64,000 nt of DNA, taken from NCBI GenBank assembly GCA_964651155.1, contig CAZYXB010000002.1, forward strand, positions 377-64,376, in the 5' to 3' direction. The notes under the pieces are model-generated. The model saw only the letters and a list, made by a program, of their open reading frames with translations, was not told where the DNA came from and did no database searches. Source of the DNA: an uncultured Acidobacteriota bacterium. Lineage in GTDB: Bacteria; Acidobacteriota; UBA6911. Made by a program: the position numbers and the translations under genes. Positions 58,968-64,000 of the stretch are shown piece by piece. Position 1 is the first letter of the stretch, and every line of letters starts with the position of its first letter.

Positions 58968-60137
58968 ATGTTCGTCAACCTGTTCGGGTCCCTGCGCCGA
59001 CGCGGCGTCCCCGTGACCCTCAACGAGTGGATGCTCCTGGAGCAGGCGCTGTCGGAAAACCTCGTGGATGCCTCGCTGACCCGGTTCTACTACCTGGCGC
59101 GCGCCATCCTGGTCAAGACCGAAGCGCACTTTGACCGGTACGACCAGGCGTTTCTCGAGTGCTTCGGGCATATCGAGTCCGACGACGATATGATCGGCCG
59201 CATCGAGGCGCGGCTCTTCGAGATGCCCCCGCTCGAGCTGACCGACGAGGAAAAGCGGATGCTGGAGTCGATGGGCCTGCAGGAGCTCCGGGAGCGGTTC
59301 CGGGAACGCCTGCGCAACCAGGACGACGACCCCCACGCCGGCGGCGCCCGGCACATCGGGGTGCGGGGCCGTTCGCCCTTCGGGGCGTGGGGCTACAACC
59401 CCGCGGGCGTGCGGATCGGGCAGGGCCGGAGCCGGCACCGGAGGGCCGTTCAGGTCGCCGAAGAGCGCTCCTTCGCCAATTACCGGGATGACGTGGCGAT
59501 GGACACCAGGGCGATCAAGAACGTGCTCAGCTACATCCGCCAGGTGGTGCGGGAAGGGCCGCGGGACGTGCTGGATCTGGACGGCACCATCGACGCGACC
59601 TGCCGCAACGCCGGCGAGCTGCATTTCGTGTGGGAGCGGGCGCGCCGCAAGAGGATCAAGCTGCTGCTTCTGATGGACGCCGGCGGCACCATGTCGCCCC
59701 ACGCGGAGCTCGTCAGCCGCCTGTTCTCCGCCGCAAAGGATGTCGTGAAGGACCTGAAGTTCTACTATTTCCACAACTGCGTCTACCAGGAGCTGTTCAC
59801 GGACATGCGGCAGAGGACGGCCGTGCCGACCCGGAAAGTGCTCGAGGAGGCCGAACGGGACTACCGGGCGATACTGGTCGGGGACGCCTTCATGGCGCCG
59901 AGCGAACTGCTCGATCCGAACGGGGCCATCGATTACTGGTACCGCAACGACCGGCCGGGAATCGAGTGGCTGGCCGACATCCGGAGCAAGTTCCGCAACG
60001 CCATCTGGCTCAACCCCGAGCCCCGTGCGTGGTGGCCGTCCGTCCCCTCGACCCGGATCGTCCGTCAGGTCTTCCCGATGTACGAGCTCACCCTCGAGGG
60101 GATGCACGCCGGCACCCGCGATCTCATGAAGCGGTGA
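58968..60137 (+). CDS. VWA-domain protein, CoxE-like (partner of the MoxR ATPase)
   Basis: N-terminus MFVNLFGSLRRRGVPVTLNEWMLLEQAL matches the CoxE-family N-terminal motif. C-terminal VWA with MIDAS-like ..LLLMDAGGTMSPH... Confidence 0.7.
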   Translation: MFVNLFGSLRRRGVPVTLNEWMLLEQALSENLVDASLTRFYYLARAILVKTEAHFDRYDQAFLECFGHIESDDDMIGRIEARLFEMPPLELTDEEKRMLESMGLQELRERFRERLRNQDDDPHAGGARHIGVRGRSPFGAWGYNPAGVRIGQGRSRHRRAVQVAEERSFANYRDDVAMDTRAIKNVLSYIRQVVREGPRDVLDLDGTIDATCRNAGELHFVWERARRKRIKLLLLMDAGGTMSPHAELVSRLFSAAKDVVKDLKFYYFHNCVYQELFTDMRQRTAVPTRKVLEEAERDYRAILVGDAFMAPSELLDPNGAIDYWYRNDRPGIEWLADIRSKFRNAIWLNPEPRAWWPSVPSTRIVRQVFPMYELTLEGMHAGTRDLMKR

Positions 60138-61521
60138 CCGGCGGGGGCGGGTCGCCGGTTTGTCCCGTCGCCTTCTGGCACCGCTCCGCCAAAAGCACCA
60201 CGAGCAGGTTCGAGACCGTCGCCGCGGCGATGAAAAACGTCCAGGCGATCCCGAACCACTTCAGGACGAAGACGGTCGCCAGGCTGGCCGCGAACCCGGC
60301 CGCCAGGCTGGCCGTCCGGTAGCTTCTGCCGGTCCGCGCCAGGAGGAACAGGCCGAGGAGGCCCCCGTAGGTGAACGAGGCGATCTCAAGGCCGACCATG
60401 ACCACGGCCCGGTCGCCATCGTCGAAAAAGAGCGCGACGGAGGTGACGACGGCGGCGAAGAAAAAGCTCGAGACCCGCGACATGCCGAGCGTCGCCCGGC
60501 GCGGCCACCAGTCCGTCATGAAGGAGGACGCCAGGGAGTTGATCGAGGAGCTGAGCGTGGACATGGCGGCGCCCAGGATGCCCGCGAGCAGAAGCCCCTT
60601 CAGGCCGCTCGGCAGCTCATGCACGATAAAGGTGGCGAACTCCCTGTCGGTCTCCATCGGCGCCCCGCGGAAATAGATGTGCAGCAGGGAGCCGACGGCC
60701 AGAAACAGCGAGAATTGCACGAACACGAAAATGCCGCTTCCCACCATGGCGCGCCGCGCCGACGGCAGGTCCCGGCAGGCCAGCACCCGCTGGACCATCA
60801 TGTGGTCCACGCCGTGAGAGGCCAGCGACAGGACCATCCCCCCGAAGATGGCCGAGGGGGCGAACCGGACATCGTGGAGGAAGGACCCGTCGAAATGGAA
60901 GATCCGGGCCTTGCCCGATGCGGCCAGCTGCCCGATGGCGTCCCACGCCTCCGGCTGCAGGTGGCCCAGCAGATAGGCGATGGAGATGATGCCGCCCGCG
61001 AGATAGAGCACGAACTGGAAGCTGTCGACCCATACGATCGTGCGGATCCCCCCCAGAAGCGCATACAGCAGGGTGATGCCCCCGATGAGGCAGATGGCCG
61101 CCCACAGGGGCCACCCGGTCACGAAGTGGACCACGACGCCCGTGGCCATGAACCGGACCCCGTCGGCGAGGATCCTGGTCGCCAGAAACACGACGGAGGC
61201 CGATTTCTGCATGCCGCGGCCAAAGCGCCTGCCCAGGACCTCGTAGATCGACGTGATGCCGCTTTCGAAGTACCGGGGCAGCAGCAGGACGCTGACGAGG
61301 ATTCTCCCCAGGATGTACCCGATGGCGATCTCGAGGAAGTACCAGTCCCCCTGGTAGGCCAACCCCGGCACGCTGATGAACGTCAGCACCGAGGTCTCCG
61401 TCGCCACGATGGAGAGCATGGCGACGGCCCAGGGGACCCGGCGGCTGGCAAGAAAGTAATCTTGCGCCGTGCGGTTGCGGAAGCTCTCCAGGATCCCGTA
61501 TCCCACGAAGCCCGCGAGCAT
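60124..61521 (-). CDS. Sodium:solute symporter (SSS) family transporter; N-terminus possibly longer than the first ATG
   Basis: ..AQDYFLASRRVPW.. (SSS signature DYFLAGR) and 12-13 TM pattern. The in-frame sequence upstream of the first ATG encodes a plausible TM1 (..LDYTIIVTM) without an ATG, GTG or TTG, so the start is ambiguous. Overlaps the 3' end of the VWA gene by 14 nt, convergently. Confidence 0.7.
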   Translation of the reverse strand: MLAGFVGYGILESFRNRTAQDYFLASRRVPWAVAMLSIVATETSVLTFISVPGLAYQGDWYFLEIAIGYILGRILVSVLLLPRYFESGITSIYEVLGRRFGRGMQKSASVVFLATRILADGVRFMATGVVVHFVTGWPLWAAICLIGGITLLYALLGGIRTIVWVDSFQFVLYLAGGIISIAYLLGHLQPEAWDAIGQLAASGKARIFHFDGSFLHDVRFAPSAIFGGMVLSLASHGVDHMMVQRVLACRDLPSARRAMVGSGIFVFVQFSLFLAVGSLLHIYFRGAPMETDREFATFIVHELPSGLKGLLLAGILGAAMSTLSSSINSLASSFMTDWWPRRATLGMSRVSSFFFAAVVTSVALFFDDGDRAVVMVGLEIASFTYGGLLGLFLLARTGRSYRTASLAAGFAASLATVFVLKWFGIAWTFFIAAATVSNLLVVLLAERCQKATGQTGDPPPPVTAS

Positions 61522-61742
61522 GGTGACGATGATTGTATAGTCCAGAGTGTGCGTGACGCCCCTCCCGGAATCCCCCCTGCGCCGGCGGGAGACGTACCGG
61601 GCGGGACCCTGCGCTCGAACGGTTTCGGAAAACGGAGCTCCATAGTACCCCAGAAGGATCCGGTCGAGAAACCTGTTTCTCTGATTCGGCGAACATGCTA
61701 CGCTTTCATGGGATCGGCAATGACAAAGGGGGGCATGGTACC

Positions 61743-62792
61743 GTGAGAGGATTCAGCAAATACGCATTCTCGAGGGCTCTGGGGATCGCCGGGGCGTTCG
61801 CGCTCGCCCTGCTTGCGGCCGGGCACCCGGCCTCGGCCGAATCGCGCCCGGGCACCCCGGAGAACAGGGATGTCTACAGCGGCATCTTCCCGGATGTCGT
61901 CGCGAAGGTCGACGCAAAACCCGTCTACGGCAGGGAACTGGAGCGGGCGATCCGCAGCGAGCTGATGCCGATCGGAAGCCCCAAGTGGACGGACCTGCGC
62001 GAGGACTACCGAGGGCGGCTGGTGTACTCCAGCCTCTCCTCCCTGATCAATCAGAAGCTGCTGTACGCGGAAGCCGTCGCCGCCGGCGTCACGACCAGCG
62101 ACGAGGAGGTGCAGGACGCGTACCTGAAAATGACCCAGCAGTTCAAGGACGAGGGGGAGATGCAGGCCTATCTCGACCGCATGCTGATCGACCGGGAGGG
62201 GGCGGTCGAGGATCTGCAGAAGAATCTCCTGATCTCCAAATTCATCGACACGAACGTCCGGCGCCGCGTCAAGGTCACCCCGGAGGAGATGTCCCGGTAC
62301 TACGAGGAGCACCAGAACGAGTTCCGGCACCCGGACATCGTCCGGACCAGCCAGATCTTCCTGGAATCGGACGGGACGCCGGAGGGGGAGGCCAAAGCGG
62401 AGCAGCTGGCGCGGGAGCTGTTCGAGCGGATCCAGAAGGGGGAGGATTTTGCCGAGCTGGCCCGGCAACACTCCAAGAGCTCGACCGCAGAGCAGGGCGG
62501 GGACATCGGGTACACGTCCAGGGACGTGCTGGCGCCCGAATATGCCGAGGCGGCGTTCTCTTTGCCCATTGGCGAGTCGAAGGTGGTCAAGATGGCCCAG
62601 GGGTACCGCATCCTCAAGGTCACCGACAGGAAAAAGGAGGGCATCTCCTCCCTGAAGGATGCCGAAGACTCCCTCCGCGAATTCCTCATGAATGAGAAGG
62701 CCCAGGCCGAGCTCGTTGCGCTGGTCAACAGGCTGCGGGACCAGGCCGAAATCGAGTATCTGATCCCGGCGGGGGCCCCGCTGACCCCCTGA
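61743..62792 (+). CDS. SurA/PrsA-like peptidyl-prolyl cis-trans isomerase (PpiC/parvulin type), periplasmic
   Basis: Signal peptide (FSRALGIAGAFALALLAAGHPASA). SurA-N-like chaperone region and a parvulin domain (..SQIFLESDG..GEDFAELARQHSKSSTAEQGGDIGYTSRDVLAPEYAEAAFSL..GESKVVKMAQGYRILKV). GTG start at 61743 preferred (AAAGGGGGG RBS); the alternative ATG at 61695 would prepend 16 aa (MLRFHGIGNDKGGHGT) lacking a signal. Confidence 0.6.
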   Translation: MRGFSKYAFSRALGIAGAFALALLAAGHPASAESRPGTPENRDVYSGIFPDVVAKVDAKPVYGRELERAIRSELMPIGSPKWTDLREDYRGRLVYSSLSSLINQKLLYAEAVAAGVTTSDEEVQDAYLKMTQQFKDEGEMQAYLDRMLIDREGAVEDLQKNLLISKFIDTNVRRRVKVTPEEMSRYYEEHQNEFRHPDIVRTSQIFLESDGTPEGEAKAEQLARELFERIQKGEDFAELARQHSKSSTAEQGGDIGYTSRDVLAPEYAEAAFSLPIGESKVVKMAQGYRILKVTDRKKEGISSLKDAEDSLREFLMNEKAQAELVALVNRLRDQAEIEYLIPAGAPLTP

Positions 62793-62808
62793 TACGGCCT
62801 GCGGCGCG

Positions 62809-64000
62809 CTACAACCCCAGACTGAGAACGCGGTGGGAAAAATCCCCGGTCCGGATCCCGGAGCGGATGGTGTCCAGTACGGACGGCCCGAGCAGGGACA
62901 GGAAATAGGCAATCCCCAGTTCGCGTTCCTGCAGCCTCCCGTTCGGAAGGCAGTGGTGCCGCCAGAAGCCGGCCGGGGAGCCCGTGCGGTCCAGCCGGCC
63001 GATGAGCCGCCCGATATTGTGGAGGATCTTCCGCTCGGCCGTATCGAGCGCCCCCGGAAGCTCTGGGTCGACCGCCGCCAGGTCCGGCCGGATCCCCGAA
63101 AAGGTTTCCCGGACCTTCTCCCCGAACGCCTCGAGTTGAGCCCCCTGCCGGCCCGCGCTCGGGGCGGCCCGCCCCCCCGCCGGCTGCGCCCCGTCGAACA
63201 GATCCCCGATGCCGGCGCCCGAGCTCTCCATCGCCCGGCGCACCCGGGGTGCCAGGAGGGTGAACGCCGCCCGGGGCCACACGACGGGCATCGGGAGCTT
63301 GCCTAGCGCGTACAGGGCCTGGACCTGCGCGAAGTAGGCCACCTCCGCCGGGCCCGCGACTACGGCAAGGGTCGGGAACAGGGTGTCCTCGACGATGGGG
63401 CGCAGCAGCACGTTCGGGCTGAAAGCCCCGGGATCCTCCTCGAGCCGCCGCTCCAGCTGCCTGAGAGTGAAGGGCCGGCCGGTGTGCTTGAGCCTAAACC
63501 GGGAGCCCCTGCCCAGGAGCGCGTGCCGCTCGCCGTTGTCGATATAGAACAGTACCGTGGCCTCATCCCCCGTGCGCACCTGGGAATGGAATCGGGCCGA
63601 ACGGAGTTTCCGGTCTTGAAGGGCGATGGCCTCTCCGATGTCTTCCGCGTGCTCGAGCGCCCAACGGAACACGTCCGAAACCAGGGGCTTCGCCTCCGGG
63701 TCCCGCGGGTCGAACAGGATCAGACCGCTGTCGTGGAGTATCCGGTGCAGGAGCCGCGCGAACGAGAGCGGGAACGTGTCCCCCGGCCCGTAGGCGGACG
63801 CGATCAGGGCGGCGGTCTGGTCCCTCCACTCCGAATCCGGGAGGTTCCTGGAGAAGTCGCGGACCACGTCCCGGATCGCCTCCGGGAAACGGAGGGACCC
63901 CACGGGCCGGACCGAGGCCCGGGTGTCGCCGAACAGGGTCCGCCCGTAATCGGCCGTCCGGGCGTCGTCGTCCCGGCCCAGAACCGTCAGGCGCGTCACT
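62809..64000 (-). CDS. BshC-family protein (putative bacillithiol-type cysteine ligase, DUF1079/YllA), 5'-partial (runs off the window end)
   Basis: ..FSPNVLLRPIVEDTLFPTLAVVAGPAEVAYFAQVQALYALGKLPMPVVWPRAAFTLL matches the conserved BshC core (FSPNVLLRP..D.LLPT.AYVGGP.E..YW.Q). Only ~396 C-terminal residues are visible. Confidence 0.5.
   Translation of the reverse strand, partial: VTRLTVLGRDDDARTADYGRTLFGDTRASVRPVGSLRFPEAIRDVVRDFSRNLPDSEWRDQTAALIASAYGPGDTFPLSFARLLHRILHDSGLILFDPRDPEAKPLVSDVFRWALEHAEDIGEAIALQDRKLRSARFHSQVRTGDEATVLFYIDNGERHALLGRGSRFRLKHTGRPFTLRQLERRLEEDPGAFSPNVLLRPIVEDTLFPTLAVVAGPAEVAYFAQVQALYALGKLPMPVVWPRAAFTLLAPRVRRAMESSGAGIGDLFDGAQPAGGRAAPSAGRQGAQLEAFGEKVRETFSGIRPDLAAVDPELPGALDTAERKILHNIGRLIGRLDRTGSPAGFWRHHCLPNGRLQERELGIAYFLSLLGPSVLDTIRSGIRTGDFSHRVLSLGL

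Overview
This is a 64 kb high-GC (~68-70%) bacterial chromosomal segment. The gene content points to an Acidobacteria-like Gram-negative organism: a TIGR03436-type VWFA protein, a PEP-CTERM substrate, and the bamA-skp-fabZ-lpxA-lpxI cluster. About 55 protein genes are supported, and they fall into recognisable blocks.

- **1..2715:** a decayed IS region (frameshifted IS1595-like transposase plus truncated IS21 istA/istB) next to a low-GC, AT-rich island carrying a PEP-CTERM protein gene.
- **3295..9822:** a GH9 glycoside hydrolase; a SpoIID/SPOR protein; a TonB family protein; and a Gfo/Idh/MocA oxidoreductase.
- **9890..15442:** lpxI-lpxA-fabZ-skp-bamA on the minus strand.
- **15593..22693:** clpC-like, lolD, lolC/E, lysS, nusB and ribH.
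- **22979..28600:** the acidobacterial VWFA protein; a Gly-rich secreted protein; panD; a PDZ-radical SAM (DUF512) gene; and pgsA.
- **28794..32622:** a DUF4388 gene, then a minus-strand metal-uptake operon (DtxR/MntR-family regulator, outer-membrane porin, ZIP/ZupT) with a palindromic operator over its start site.
- **32773..35733:** nrdD-nrdG, transcribed divergently from the metal operon, with two NrdR-box-like sites over their promoter.
- **35916..43535:** two tandem cobalamin riboswitches controlling an eight-gene operon: btuB, exbB, exbD, tonB, btuF, btuD, btuC and cobO.
- **43563..53662:** a surface-glycan cluster interrupted by tsaD. It carries mtnA, a FdtA-like isomerase, an acetyltransferase::GT2 fusion, two GT2 genes, two GT4 genes and an O-antigen ligase/polymerase.
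- **53840..62792:** a leaderless small ORF; queG; a PAS-GGDEF/DUF5658/CitE-like/MoxR/VWA block; an SSS transporter; and a PPIase.
- **62809..64000:** a 5'-partial BshC-like gene running off the window.

No rRNA, tRNA or CRISPR array was found. Most start coordinates come from the supplied ORF track plus residue counting and may be off by a few nucleotides. All family assignments rest on motif recognition by eye, not on database searches.
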